A stretch of 64,000 nucleotides of DNA from Candidatus Omnitrophota bacterium (GCA_025453395.1 JALOQK010000002.1:149625-213624), one strand, 5' to 3'; shown: positions 1-9,404, numbered from the stretch's first letter. Numbers and translations are program-made. Notes: generated from the letters alone by a model not told the origin.

Positions 1-3
1 GTT

Positions 4-1707
4 TTGAGAAGTTATTGGCATTCTACCGGAGTTTTTAAGAATCAGTTAAAATATATAATTATTGCTTCTATTATATCTTGGCCAGGAGCTGAAGGAGTAT
101 TTTTACCTATATTTAGATTAGATATTTTCTCATTTTCCAATCTTTTGCTGGTATTGTATCCGTTAATAATAGTCTATGTTATTATTAAATACCGCCTTAT
201 GGACATTAGGGTGGCGATTACGAGGGTTGGCGTATTTATTTTTGTTTATACTTTTGTCTTAGGCCTGCCGTTTGTAGTGGCTACAACTTATAAAACTCAT
301 CTAATTGAAATATTAGGTCCGGAATGGTGGTTAATGCCATTAGGGCTTATGGCTGTTTTAGCCACGGTTGGGCCGTTTATCTATATATATGTCCAGCGTA
401 AAGCCGAGGAAACGCTTCTTCGCGAGCAGAGGCAGTATCAGCAAACCCTCAAGCATGCTTCCGTGGGCATGACCCGTATCCGCAGTTTAAAAAGATTGTT
501 GGATCTGATTGTGCATATTATTACCAAGACCGTCAAGATTTCCTACGCCGGAATTTACCTTTATGATTCGCAGAACAATGAGTTTATTTTGCATGTGGCG
601 CGCAACAAAGGCACAGAGCATTTGCGCGCGGTTTCCTATGACAATCCGCTTGTGGCATGGGTGATGGTTAAGCGCGAGCCGCTTGTGTATGAAGAAATCA
701 AGCGCTATATGGAAGATACCCATGACCAGACCTACAAGCATCTGGAAGAAAATATGCGCGTTTTGCAGGCGATAGTGGTGGTGCCGATTTTCCTGGAGAA
801 CCGTTTTATGGGGTTTGTGGTTTTGGGCGAGAAAAATTCCGGCCAGATCTATACCATTGAGGATTTAAACGTCTTCCAGATTTTGGCAAGCCAGGCGGCG
901 CTTGCTATTGAGAACGCCCAGTTTTACGAGGATGCCAAAGAAATGCAGGCGCAGATCGCCCAGGCAGAGAAGATGGCCACCATCGGCACCATGGCCGACG
1001 GATTATCTCATCAGATCAACAACCGTTTTTACGCCTTGTCTTTGATTGCCGGAGACACCATTGACACCATTAAGACTACCGATACCGCGAATTGCTCAAG
1101 CGACATTAAAGAGATGATCAAGAATATTTCTTACGCCCTTGAGCGCATTCAGAATAATGTTATGCAGGGCGGAGAAGTGGTAAAGGGCATCCTTAAATAC
1201 AGCCGCCGCGGAGATGAGAATTTTGGCGCGCTTGCCCTTGATGATATTTTGGATGGGACAATTGATATGGTGCAGTTTAAGATTAAGCTGAAGGAAATTG
1301 ATATTGTGCGCGATTACCCCAAGGATATCCCCAAGATTTACGGCAACCTGGTCCAGCTTCAGGAAGTGTTTTTCAATTTTATTGATAACGCCTATGACGC
1401 CATTGTAGAGCGGCGCACGACTTTGAACGAAAAGGATTATCGCGGCAAGATTGTGATTACGGCTATCCCCAGAGAAAAGACAATTGAAATTATTGTTGAG
1501 GATAACGGTATGGGCATTAAGGATAATAATAATGCTAAGATTTTCACCCCGTTTTTCACCACCAAGATTTCCGCCAGAAAAGGCACCGGCTTAGGCCTGT
1601 ATGTTATCCGCAAGATCATCACCGAGGCGCATAACGGCAGGATCATGTTCCACTCCGTGCACGCCCAAGGCACCCGCTTCACCCTGATCTTACCCATCAT
1701 CTCCTAG
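4..1707 (+). CDS. Sensor histidine kinase with N-terminal multi-TM region, central GAF domain, HisKA and HATPase_c; 5' end truncated by the window edge
   Basis: Translation shows several hydrophobic segments, a GAF-like region, an H-box (GLSHQINNR) and G-boxes (DNGMGI, GTGLGLY). The ORF runs off the window start. Confidence 0.8.
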   Translation: MRSYWHSTGVFKNQLKYIIIASIISWPGAEGVFLPIFRLDIFSFSNLLLVLYPLIIVYVIIKYRLMDIRVAITRVGVFIFVYTFVLGLPFVVATTYKTHLIEILGPEWWLMPLGLMAVLATVGPFIYIYVQRKAEETLLREQRQYQQTLKHASVGMTRIRSLKRLLDLIVHIITKTVKISYAGIYLYDSQNNEFILHVARNKGTEHLRAVSYDNPLVAWVMVKREPLVYEEIKRYMEDTHDQTYKHLEENMRVLQAIVVVPIFLENRFMGFVVLGEKNSGQIYTIEDLNVFQILASQAALAIENAQFYEDAKEMQAQIAQAEKMATIGTMADGLSHQINNRFYALSLIAGDTIDTIKTTDTANCSSDIKEMIKNISYALERIQNNVMQGGEVVKGILKYSRRGDENFGALALDDILDGTIDMVQFKIKLKEIDIVRDYPKDIPKIYGNLVQLQEVFFNFIDNAYDAIVERRTTLNEKDYRGKIVITAIPREKTIEIIVEDNGMGIKDNNNAKIFTPFFTTKISARKGTGLGLYVIRKIITEAHNGRIMFHSVHAQGTRFTLILPIIS

Positions 1708-1708
1708 A

Positions 1709-1733
1709 CCCCTGTAGACGCTTTAGCTAAAAT
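1709..1733. repeat. REP-like element, left copy, inverted relative to the right copy (cccctgtagacgctttagctaaaa)
   Basis: Its reverse complement is found at 2619-2638 and 39521-39538. It contains the palindromic core ttagctaa. Confidence 0.6.
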
Positions 1734-1843
1734 CCTGCAGCACAGAGAATTACAAAACAAATATGGGTAAGGTAAATTTAAGTGTATCTATTTTTGTAAG
1801 ACGCGCGCAGTTGTTTCGTCTAATAGAATAAAAGGAGGATGAC

Positions 1844-2554
1844 ATGCCGTCTTGCGCCCGCAAGTATCAGTTAACCGGATCTTTGTTGTATCACATTTAC
1901 AGCCGCAGCGCCTCGGGCAGGGAAATTTTCCGCTTGCCTCAGGATTACGCGCATTTCGCGCGCCTGGCCAGCAGGTACACCGAGCTTTTTCATGCCAAGC
2001 TTTATCACTGGGCGATTATGCCCAATCATTATCATTTATTGCTTGAAATTGAACAGCCCGAGCAAATTTCGAGCATGATGGCCGGGATAAGCCGCGCCTA
2101 CACGCATTATCATCACAAAGTTTACGAGACTTTCGGATTTCTGTGGCAGGGCAGGTTCAAGATGCAGCCCGTTGAGAAAGAAAGTTATATTTTTGCCTGC
2201 GCGCGGTATATTGAGCGCAATCCGGTTCGCGCCAAGATGGTTTCTTGCGCAGAGCAATATCCGTATAGCAGCGCCGCGTTTTATTGCACGGGCCGGCCCG
2301 ACGCGGTGACTTGCGAGGACCCGATGTTCCACGAATTCGGCGCCGACGCGCGCTCGCGGCAGGCTGCCTATAAAAAATACCTGCGCGAATTTGATTATGA
2401 AGAGGAAAAGTATTATTCCCGCTTAAGCGATCCCGTAGGAGGGGCAAAGTTTATTAATCTGTTGCGCAAAGAGGGCGGCAGGCCTGTGTCATACCGGCGG
2501 GGCAGGGCGCCTGTGCGCAATCGGCGCAAGGTTATACAATTGGGAAAAACATAA
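1844..2554 (+). mobile_element. REP-associated tyrosine transposase (RAYT), IS200/IS605-like Y1 HUH transposase
   Basis: HUH motif (NHYHLLLE), a WQGRF motif and a catalytic Tyr region typical of TnpA-REP/RAYT proteins. An RBS (aaggagg) sits upstream and the gene is flanked by inverted REP-like repeats. Confidence 0.8.
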
Positions 2555-2590
2555 TTATTTTTTACTTTCATATTTATCCTACCCGGAATT

Positions 2591-2638
2591 GTTTTGTAAT
2601 TCATTGCCCCGCAGGAGGTTAGCTAAAGCGTCTACGGG
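2591..2638. repeat. REP-like element, right copy (gttttgtaatt...ttagctaaagcgtctacggg)
   Basis: An inverted copy of the 1709-1733 motif. It shares about 45 bp, including gttttgtaatt and ttagctaaagcgtctacg, with the copy at 39484-39538. Confidence 0.6.
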
Positions 2639-2840
2639 TATAAAAAAGATTTGATTATTTTTTAATTTTGTTGTAATATACTTGCATACTTAACCAAGCG
2701 AGGCGACAGTTGAGGGTGATTATCCAAGATAAATCCGTAGGCAATTCCTTGTGAAAGGGGTTGCCTTTTTTTATAACCTTATATACCCGGCGCTTAATCG
2801 GTATTGCGCCGGTACGCCCTTTCTGGGCAGGGAGGTTGAT

Positions 2841-3161
2841 ATGGATAAACCAATACCGCAAGAGGCCCGCGAAGCCTTAAGAAAATTCGCGGAACAGACT
2901 ACAGGCTGGCAGGTTCAGGACACGCACATTAAAAGGATCCACGTGCATAAATTCAGCAGCCGCATCAGAAAGCTTGTGGAGTCAGAGATACGCGTGGGAG
3001 AAGAAATGGACCTGAATCTGGCTAATGTCCCCCATGAGTCTGTTTTTGCTATTTTTGAATCCAAGGATTACCTGGTTGTTACCCCTGACTATCACAGCAA
3101 AACCGGCGCCACAGTTTATTTGTTTGAGCCTAACGAAGTCACTGAGGTAGAAAAAGAATAA
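2841..3161 (+). CDS. Hypothetical protein
   Basis: ORF with an SD (gggagg) before the ATG at 2841. Its stop overlaps the start of the downstream PilZ gene (taATG). The ORF-track extension upstream to 2751 crosses a small hairpin and was trimmed. Confidence 0.5.
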   Translation: MDKPIPQEAREALRKFAEQTTGWQVQDTHIKRIHVHKFSSRIRKLVESEIRVGEEMDLNLANVPHESVFAIFESKDYLVVTPDYHSKTGATVYLFEPNEVTEVEKE

Positions 3162-3523
3162 TGAATGATGAAAGAAGGTCTTTTCCGCGCTTGCATTTTA
3201 GCGTTGAAGTTATCTGCCAGAAGTTAGATATAAACGCGCCTGAATTCCCAGTTTTAAATTCCCATAGTAAAAATATAAGCGCTACCGGAATTTGTATTGT
3301 CACAAAAGAGCGTTTTGAATCCGGGACTAATCTGGGGATGAATTTCTTCCTGCCGGATTATGATGAGCCTATTTACGCCATAGGGAAAGTGGTCTGGATT
3401 AAAGAAATAAAACTAAGCGATTCTTCCGCGGGCACAGCTTTTGACGCGGGGGTAAGGTTTTTGAAAATAAAACCTGATGACAGGGACAAGATCAACCAGT
3501 ATGTGGTGGCGCGGATTAAATAG
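3161..3523 (+). CDS. PilZ-domain c-di-GMP binding protein
   Basis: RxxxR motif (RRSFPR) and D/NxSxxG motif (NISATG). Confidence 0.7.
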   Translation: MNDERRSFPRLHFSVEVICQKLDINAPEFPVLNSHSKNISATGICIVTKERFESGTNLGMNFFLPDYDEPIYAIGKVVWIKEIKLSDSSAGTAFDAGVRFLKIKPDDRDKINQYVVARIK

Positions 3524-3607
3524 TGTGAGTATCTGCATAAATATGTAACATTCTGCAATACTATTCTTCTATATGTCAATGTATGCCGACAGATGTAAAG
3601 ATTTTCC

Positions 3608-3636
3608 TTGACAGAAAATATTCTTTTTGTTAAAAT
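3608..3636 (+). promoter_or_regulatory. Sigma-70-type promoter (TTGACA-17-TATAAT class), positioned for a leaderless transcript
   Basis: TTGACA at 3608-3613, a 17-bp spacer, TAAAAT at 3631-3636, and an ATG 8 nt downstream of the -10. Confidence 0.45.
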
Positions 3637-3643
3637 CCCAATT

Positions 3644-3847
3644 ATGGTAACAAGTGGTTTAATGACTATTGATGATCTGGCCGGGTATCTTAAAGTCAGC
3701 CGCCGCACTATTTACGAGTGGCTGAAAACTCATAAGATACCGGCGGTGAAACTGATCGGGCAGTGGCGTTTTAAGAGAGATAAAATTGACGCTTGGCTTG
3801 ATAGTTCAAGCGCTTTTAGTACGCCCAATACGCGCCGTAGAAAATAA
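3644..3847 (+). CDS. Helix-turn-helix DNA-binding protein, excisionase/MerR-like family
   Basis: Motif LTIDDLAGYLKVSRRTIYEWLK...IPAVKLIGQWRF is typical of the excisionase-family HTH. The start is chosen as the first ATG after the predicted TSS. An ATG at 3665 is an alternative. Confidence 0.6.
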   Translation: MVTSGLMTIDDLAGYLKVSRRTIYEWLKTHKIPAVKLIGQWRFKRDKIDAWLDSSSAFSTPNTRRRK

Positions 3848-3866
3848 ATTAAAATGGAGATGGACA

Positions 3867-6800
3867 ATGTATTTTAAAAGACTGGAGCTTGTAGGGTTTA
3901 AATCATTTTCAGAAAAGACAGTTTTGAATTTTGAGCCCGGGGTCACCGCTGTGGTTGGTCCAAACGGATGCGGCAAATCTAACATCTTTGATTCTATCCG
4001 CTGGGTATTAGGAGAGCAGTCGGTAAAGGCGATGCGCGGAGCGGATATGCAGGATGTTATTTTTAACGGCACAGACAACAAAGAGCCGCTAAGTATGGCA
4101 GAGGTAAGCGTGGTTTTTGACAACGCCAATCGTTTCTTTAGCGTTGATCACGACGAGGTAATGATCACCCGCCGCCTGTTTCGTTCTGGAGACAGCGAAT
4201 ACCTTTTGAATAAAACCCAGGTGCGGCTTAAAGATATCATGGATATACTTCTGGGCACCGGTATCGGAGCGGAAAGCTATTCCCTGATTCAGCAGGGGAA
4301 AATCGACCTTGTTTTAAGTTCCCGGCCTGAAGACCGCCGTTTAGTTTTTGATGAAGCAAGCGGCATTACCAAATATAAGGCCCAGAAAAAAGAGGCGATC
4401 AGAAAACTTGATGAGACCCAGCAGAACCTTCTTCGCGTAAATGATATTGTTATTGAGGTGAAGCGGCAGATCGGCTCTCTTGAGCGGCAGGCAAGCAAAG
4501 CCCGCCGGTACAAGGAAGTCTTCGAGGAGTTAAAAGAAAAAGAAATAAAAATATCCTGTTTGCAAAAAGATACGCTTCTTAAGAAGCGTGAAGAGCTGGG
4601 CCTGTCTTTGGCTGATAACGAGGCGCGTGAAAAAGAAGTAGCCGCCTCTGTGCAGCAGTTAGAGTCAGAGATATCGCTTCACAAAGATAAGATAAATCAG
4701 TGCCAGCAGCAGATAAGCCTCATAAAAGATCAGATCATGCAGGAAGAAAACAAAAGGTCAGCTGATAGCCAACACATCCTGTTTAATAAGGAAAGAATAG
4801 CCGAGCTTGTAGAGCAGGTGGCCTATTTGAATTCGCAGTCCGCGCAGTTGTCCGCGCGCATAGAGCACGACCAGCAGGAATTTGATAAGTTAAATCAGGA
4901 ATTTGCAAGTTTAAGCAAAAATATAGAAGAAAAGAAGAATCTTCTTTCTGAAAATGAAAGGCAGCTTGAAGAAATAAATAATAAGACCCGCGTATCGCTT
5001 GAGCTTATTGCGCAGTCCAAGAAAGACATACTTGATGTTGCTGCCGGTATTGCGCATCTTAAAAACAGCGTGCACGAATTAACCTCCAAGCAGCATGTGT
5101 TTTTGGCCCGCAAAAAAAGGCTGGATATCGAGAATGCCAAGGTCACCGAAGAAAAGAATACTGCTTTAGCGCAGATGGAAAATACGCGTGTTCAGGTAGA
5201 ACAGCTCCAGCAGGAATTTGCTTTACTAAGCGAAAAGATCTCCGCAGTTAAAAAGCAGATGGATGAGGAATCCTGTTCCATCAAGAATATGGACGCGGAG
5301 ATCGAGGATTTAGAGAAGCAGAGCCTTTCGCTGTTTTCACATAAGGAATTTCTTGAGAAATTACGCAGCGAATATGACGTAATCGGCGAGTCTATGAACG
5401 CGACCATTTACCTTGATAAGCTGCCGCAGGATAAATTGGGGGGCCTTGTCATTAAACTTAACGCTTACCCGCAGCTTAACCCGGAAAATAATTACATCAG
5501 CGAATCAAACGGGACATTCAAGCTTTTGGGAGAGGCAAAGCCGGTGGATCTAAACACCGAGAAGATCAAAGAAAAGATTGAGCAAATCCAGCATAAGCTT
5601 GATTCTTTACAGATGATCAAGCGCATGAAAGAGGCGCATATTTCTGATCTGGGCAGAGACGCGGACCTTTGGCAGGAAAGTTTGCGTTCATCAGAGATCT
5701 CTCTTGCCAATAAAAAAGCGCTTTTTGATAATATAGCATCACAGGTGGATAAAATAAGGTCTGAAGAAGAGGTTATTCTTCTTGAATTAAGCGATGTCCA
5801 GCAGCAGCTTAGCGGTTTTGACGCGGGCATCGTTAAGCTTCAACAGGATTTGGCTTGCGCGGAAAACAAGCAAAAAGAATGTGAAGAGCTTATAACCACA
5901 GAGCAGAATAATATAAGTTTACGCTCTAAGGCAAGGGAGGATTTTCTTGTTGTTATCGCCCAGACCAAAACAGAATTAACCGCCCTGGAAAAACGTTTAA
6001 ACACGGATCAGGATACTTTAAGGCTTCTGGATGAGAATTGCCAAAAAAACAAAAACGCCTTGCTGGGGCTTGAAAAGCAGGTTTTAGACAACCAGGCGCG
6101 TAAACAAAACCTTGAGAAAGAAGTTATTGACCTGCAGCAGGCGGTTAGCATAGCCGTGGAAAACATAACATTAAAACAAGCTGATTTTACCCAGGCCCAG
6201 GAAAAATATGATCTTTGCCTTAAAGACGCGGACGTTTTAACCAACCGCCTCGGAGAAGCCCGTAAATGCATGGAAGACCTGCGGGGTGTTTTGTATGACC
6301 TGCAGATGAGGAATAAGGATCTGGAATTTAAATATCTAAATATCAAGGAAAGAGTCCTTCAGGCGTATAAAGTAGACCTAGAAGCGCTGAGTATGCCTGC
6401 GCAAGAAGATTCGCCTGAAGCCGAAGAAACGCTTTCCGCCTGCATTGATCAGTTAAAAAAGAAAGTTGATTCTTACGGCACCGTTAATTTGGTGGCGATT
6501 GAAGAATACGATGAATTAAAAAAGCGTTACGATTTTCTTGCCCAGCAGCAGCTTGACCTTGATACCGCAAGGCAAGCCTTGCACGATGCCATCAATAAGA
6601 TCAACCGCACCACCAAGAAGATGTTTGTGGAGACCTTTGAGCTTGTGAAGGTGCAGTTTAGGAATTATTTCCGCCTGTTGTTTAACGGAGGCGATGCCCA
6701 GCTTTTCCTGGTTGATGAAAATGATCCTCTGGAATCCGGCATTGAGATTATCTGCCGGCCTCCGGGCAAGAAACTGCAGAATGTGCTTCTTCTTTCTGGT

Positions 6801-7133
6801 GGCGAAAAGTCCATGGCCGCGATAGCTTTAATATTCGCTATCTTTAAAGTCAAGCCCGCGCCGTTTTGCATCCTTGATGAGATTGACGCTGCCCTTGATG
6901 AAGCCAATGTGGATAGGTTTGGCAGGATGCTTCAGGAATTTGCCAAGGGTTCGCAGTTTATTATCATCACCCACAATAAAAAGACTATTGCCAATGCCAA
7001 TGTGATGTACGGCATTACCATGGAGCAGTCCGGGGTTTCTAAGATTGTTTCCGTGAAATTCTCCCAGCAAGCAAATAGCGATGGCTCGGGTATGTCTTCG
7101 GTAAAAACATCTGTCCAGCCGGAACCTGTTTAA
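3867..7133 (+). CDS. smc: Chromosome segregation protein SMC
   Basis: N-terminal Walker A (GPNGCGKSN), long coiled-coil regions, a hinge, C-terminal signature motif (LSGGEKS) and Walker B (ILDEIDAALD). An RBS precedes the ATG at 3867. Confidence 0.9.
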   Translation: MYFKRLELVGFKSFSEKTVLNFEPGVTAVVGPNGCGKSNIFDSIRWVLGEQSVKAMRGADMQDVIFNGTDNKEPLSMAEVSVVFDNANRFFSVDHDEVMITRRLFRSGDSEYLLNKTQVRLKDIMDILLGTGIGAESYSLIQQGKIDLVLSSRPEDRRLVFDEASGITKYKAQKKEAIRKLDETQQNLLRVNDIVIEVKRQIGSLERQASKARRYKEVFEELKEKEIKISCLQKDTLLKKREELGLSLADNEAREKEVAASVQQLESEISLHKDKINQCQQQISLIKDQIMQEENKRSADSQHILFNKERIAELVEQVAYLNSQSAQLSARIEHDQQEFDKLNQEFASLSKNIEEKKNLLSENERQLEEINNKTRVSLELIAQSKKDILDVAAGIAHLKNSVHELTSKQHVFLARKKRLDIENAKVTEEKNTALAQMENTRVQVEQLQQEFALLSEKISAVKKQMDEESCSIKNMDAEIEDLEKQSLSLFSHKEFLEKLRSEYDVIGESMNATIYLDKLPQDKLGGLVIKLNAYPQLNPENNYISESNGTFKLLGEAKPVDLNTEKIKEKIEQIQHKLDSLQMIKRMKEAHISDLGRDADLWQESLRSSEISLANKKALFDNIASQVDKIRSEEEVILLELSDVQQQLSGFDAGIVKLQQDLACAENKQKECEELITTEQNNISLRSKAREDFLVVIAQTKTELTALEKRLNTDQDTLRLLDENCQKNKNALLGLEKQVLDNQARKQNLEKEVIDLQQAVSIAVENITLKQADFTQAQEKYDLCLKDADVLTNRLGEARKCMEDLRGVLYDLQMRNKDLEFKYLNIKERVLQAYKVDLEALSMPAQEDSPEAEETLSACIDQLKKKVDSYGTVNLVAIEEYDELKKRYDFLAQQQLDLDTARQALHDAINKINRTTKKMFVETFELVKVQFRNYFRLLFNGGDAQLFLVDENDPLESGIEIICRPPGKKLQNVLLLSGGEKSMAAIALIFAIFKVKPAPFCILDEIDAALDEANVDRFGRMLQEFAKGSQFIIITHNKKTIANANVMYGITMEQSGVSKIVSVKFSQQANSDGSGMSSVKTSVQPEPV

Positions 7134-8296
7134 CAGGTGGTGTTTTTGCCTTTGTGCTTTGCCTGATAAAGCATTTTATCGGAGTGCAGGATAAGCTCTG
7201 ATGGGTTTTGGGCGTCTTGCGGGAATGTGGCAATACCGATACTGACAGTAAGTTTTTTATTAGGAAGTATCTCTTCGTTAATAAACGGATGCTTGAAAAT
7301 ATCCTGCCTTAGCCTTTCGGCGATTGCATAAGCAGTGTCCTTATCCGTTTGAGGCAAGATCAAAGTAAATTCTTCTCCGCCATAACGGCAGACATAATCC
7401 ATTTTCCGGGAATGATTTTTCAATATACAGCTTAGCTGTTTTAAGATTCCGTCTCCTGCCTGATGCCCGAGTTTATCGTTATAAACCTTAAAATCGTCTA
7501 TATCGATCATAACCAGACTAAGAAGTGTTTTTGTGGCTTTGGCCTTTTCCATTTCCGACTGAAGAAGGTATTGGAAGTGGCCGTGGTTGCACAGGTCGGT
7601 TAAGTAATCTGTGTGCGCGCGCATCACGGTTTTTTCATACAGCTGTGAGTTTTCAATTGCCAGGCCGGCCTGGTTGGCAAGCATGATTAACAGGCGGATA
7701 TCGTCTTTAGTTATAGGTTTTCTGGTGATAAAATTGTCCGCAAGGATGATCCCGTTTACCTTATCTTTGGCTTTTAGCGGCACAACCACGATTTCATTGC
7801 TGTGTAAAGCTTTAATGATTTGGTCGTCTTTATAATTGACAATAGTTTCTTCATTCAGATGCAGCGGCATGCCTTCAGAAACGCTTAACGCCAAAATCCC
7901 TCCCGAATGCTCCCTGAGAGGGACCTTGATCCTTCTTATTTGCTGGTTGAAACTGGATTCTACTATCACCGGCTGGGCGAATTTATAGGCGCTTATTAAG
8001 TCTTCAAGGTCCATCTGCTCCTGTTCAATCCTTTTCCAGACAGTGTGCGCTTCTTCGCCATTCTCCGGGCCGATAGCCATTTTCCCTTCAATTATGCCTT
8101 CGGCGTCATTGACCAGAAAAAGTATGGCGCGGTTAAACCCCAAACCTGTATGCGCGGTGACCCCGGTTAAGATGATGTAGAGGATCTCCTCCAGTTTTAA
8201 GGTCGTGCGCATGGCGTTGGATATCTCGTAAAGGATCGCCAGCTCATTCTTGGTGCGCTCAAGTTCCAGTTTTGCTTTTGTAAGTTCTTCTATCAT
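7130..8296 (-). CDS. GAF-domain diguanylate cyclase (GGDEF)
   Basis: N-terminal GAF-like region and a C-terminal GGDEF domain with the active-site motif RYGGEEF. Confidence 0.85.
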   Translation of the reverse strand: MIEELTKAKLELERTKNELAILYEISNAMRTTLKLEEILYIILTGVTAHTGLGFNRAILFLVNDAEGIIEGKMAIGPENGEEAHTVWKRIEQEQMDLEDLISAYKFAQPVIVESSFNQQIRRIKVPLREHSGGILALSVSEGMPLHLNEETIVNYKDDQIIKALHSNEIVVVPLKAKDKVNGIILADNFITRKPITKDDIRLLIMLANQAGLAIENSQLYEKTVMRAHTDYLTDLCNHGHFQYLLQSEMEKAKATKTLLSLVMIDIDDFKVYNDKLGHQAGDGILKQLSCILKNHSRKMDYVCRYGGEEFTLILPQTDKDTAYAIAERLRQDIFKHPFINEEILPNKKLTVSIGIATFPQDAQNPSELILHSDKMLYQAKHKGKNTTC

Positions 8297-8304
8297 AATT
8301 AGCT

Positions 8305-8333
8305 AATTTAACATATTTTGGCTGTAAAGTCAA
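8305..8333 (-). promoter_or_regulatory. Sigma-70-type promoter for the GGDEF gene, leaderless configuration
   Basis: On the - strand: TTGACT, 17-bp spacer, TAAATT, then 8 nt to the ATG at 8296. Confidence 0.35.
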
Positions 8334-8343
8334 CATAAGAAGA

Positions 8344-8372
8344 TTGACATAAGTTAAAAAGAATGATATATT
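8344..8372 (+). promoter_or_regulatory. Sigma-70-type promoter for rpsU
   Basis: TTGACA at 8344-8349, 17-bp spacer, TATATT at 8367-8372. It is divergent from the GGDEF-gene promoter. Confidence 0.4.
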
Positions 8373-8399
8373 AACAAAAAATATACCATTGGAAGGGGT

Positions 8400-8567
8400 G
8401 TGATTACTTTGTCACAGGTAGAAGTCAGGAAAGATGAGCCGTTCGAAGCCGCTCTTAGGCGTTTCAAAAGGCAGATTGAGCAAGAGGGCATCTTAAGGGA
8501 AGTGCGCGACCGCAAGCATTACGAGAAGCCAAGCGAGAAAAAAAGAAAGAAGCAGAGAAGAAGGTAG
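8400..8567 (+). CDS. rpsU: 30S ribosomal protein S21; not in the ORF track (under 60 aa, GTG start)
   Basis: Translation [55 protein letters not shown] matches the S21 family. SD ggaagggg lies upstream of the GTG. Confidence 0.75.
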   Translation: MITLSQVEVRKDEPFEAALRRFKRQIEQEGILREVRDRKHYEKPSEKKRKKQRRR

Positions 8568-8573
8568 TTTCAA

Positions 8574-9404
8574 ATGTCCAGCCCCAATTTGAGGCAGGCA
8601 AAGTTCTCCGGAAGATTCTATCCTGCCGACCGGGAAGGCTTAAAAGATCAGATAAACGGTTTTTTAGACGGTTTCTTGGCGGATAAAAAAGAGGCGCTTG
8701 CCTGCATGCTTCCCCACGCGGGATACGCTTATTCAGGTAAGGTTTGCGCTCAGACTCTGGCAAGCATAGATTTAAGCCGGGTAAAAACCGTTGTTTTGCT
8801 GGGGCCAAACCATACCGGCAGAGGCGTTGCTTGGAGCATAATGCCTAAGGGTGCCTGGCAGACTGCGTTAGGGCAGGCCGAAATAGACGAAGAGTTTTCT
8901 GGCCGGCTTATAAAAGAAGCGGATTTCTTGCAGCCGGATTGCTTAGCGCACGAATCAGAGCATTCCATAGAAGTACAGCTTCCTATGCTGCAGTATTTTA
9001 AAAGTGATTTTAGCATTGTTCCTATTTGTATCGGAATTCAGGATATAACTAATTTATTATGTTTGGGTGAAGCCATTGCCCATGCGGCAGAAGAAAGCAA
9101 GCCGCCCGGGTCATTGCTTTTAGCGGTTAGTTCCGACATGACCCATTATGAGCCTCAGGCCCGGGCCAAGGAAAAAGACAAGGCCGCGATAAAAGCAATA
9201 CTTAATATGGATATTGAGGGCCTGATCCAGGCTGTAACCACTCTTGATATTTCTATGTGCGGTTTTGGCCCGGCAGTAGCAATGCTTTCTTACGCTAAGG
9301 CCTCTGGCGCAAAAAGCGCCCAATTGATCAAATATCAGACATCAGGGGATGTTTCCGGCGATAAAGACGCGGTAGTCGGTTATGCCGGCATAACAATTTC
9401 TTAA
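8574..9404 (+). CDS. MEMO1-family protein (AmmeMemoRadiSam system protein B)
   Basis: N-terminal FSGRFYP and the Memo signature HAGYAYSG. Confidence 0.8.
   Translation: MSSPNLRQAKFSGRFYPADREGLKDQINGFLDGFLADKKEALACMLPHAGYAYSGKVCAQTLASIDLSRVKTVVLLGPNHTGRGVAWSIMPKGAWQTALGQAEIDEEFSGRLIKEADFLQPDCLAHESEHSIEVQLPMLQYFKSDFSIVPICIGIQDITNLLCLGEAIAHAAEESKPPGSLLLAVSSDMTHYEPQARAKEKDKAAIKAILNMDIEGLIQAVTTLDISMCGFGPAVAMLSYAKASGAKSAQLIKYQTSGDVSGDKDAVVGYAGITIS

Noticed and set aside
1852-2447. Alternative-frame ORFs (64-98 aa) overlapping the RAYT gene on both strands
   Set aside because: They lie fully inside a gene with clear HUH-transposase motifs and show no independent coding evidence.
2751-2840. Upstream extension of ORF 2751-3161 (MKGVAFFYNL...)
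   Set aside because: It spans a small hairpin with a T-run (aaagg-ggttg-ccttt-tttt) and lacks an RBS. An ATG at 2841 with the SD gggagg is a far better start.
3806-6346. Multiple 70-112-aa - strand ORFs inside smc
   Set aside because: They are antisense to a well-supported 1089-aa SMC gene. Their Ser/Leu-rich low-complexity translations are typical of the reverse strand of coiled-coil coding DNA.
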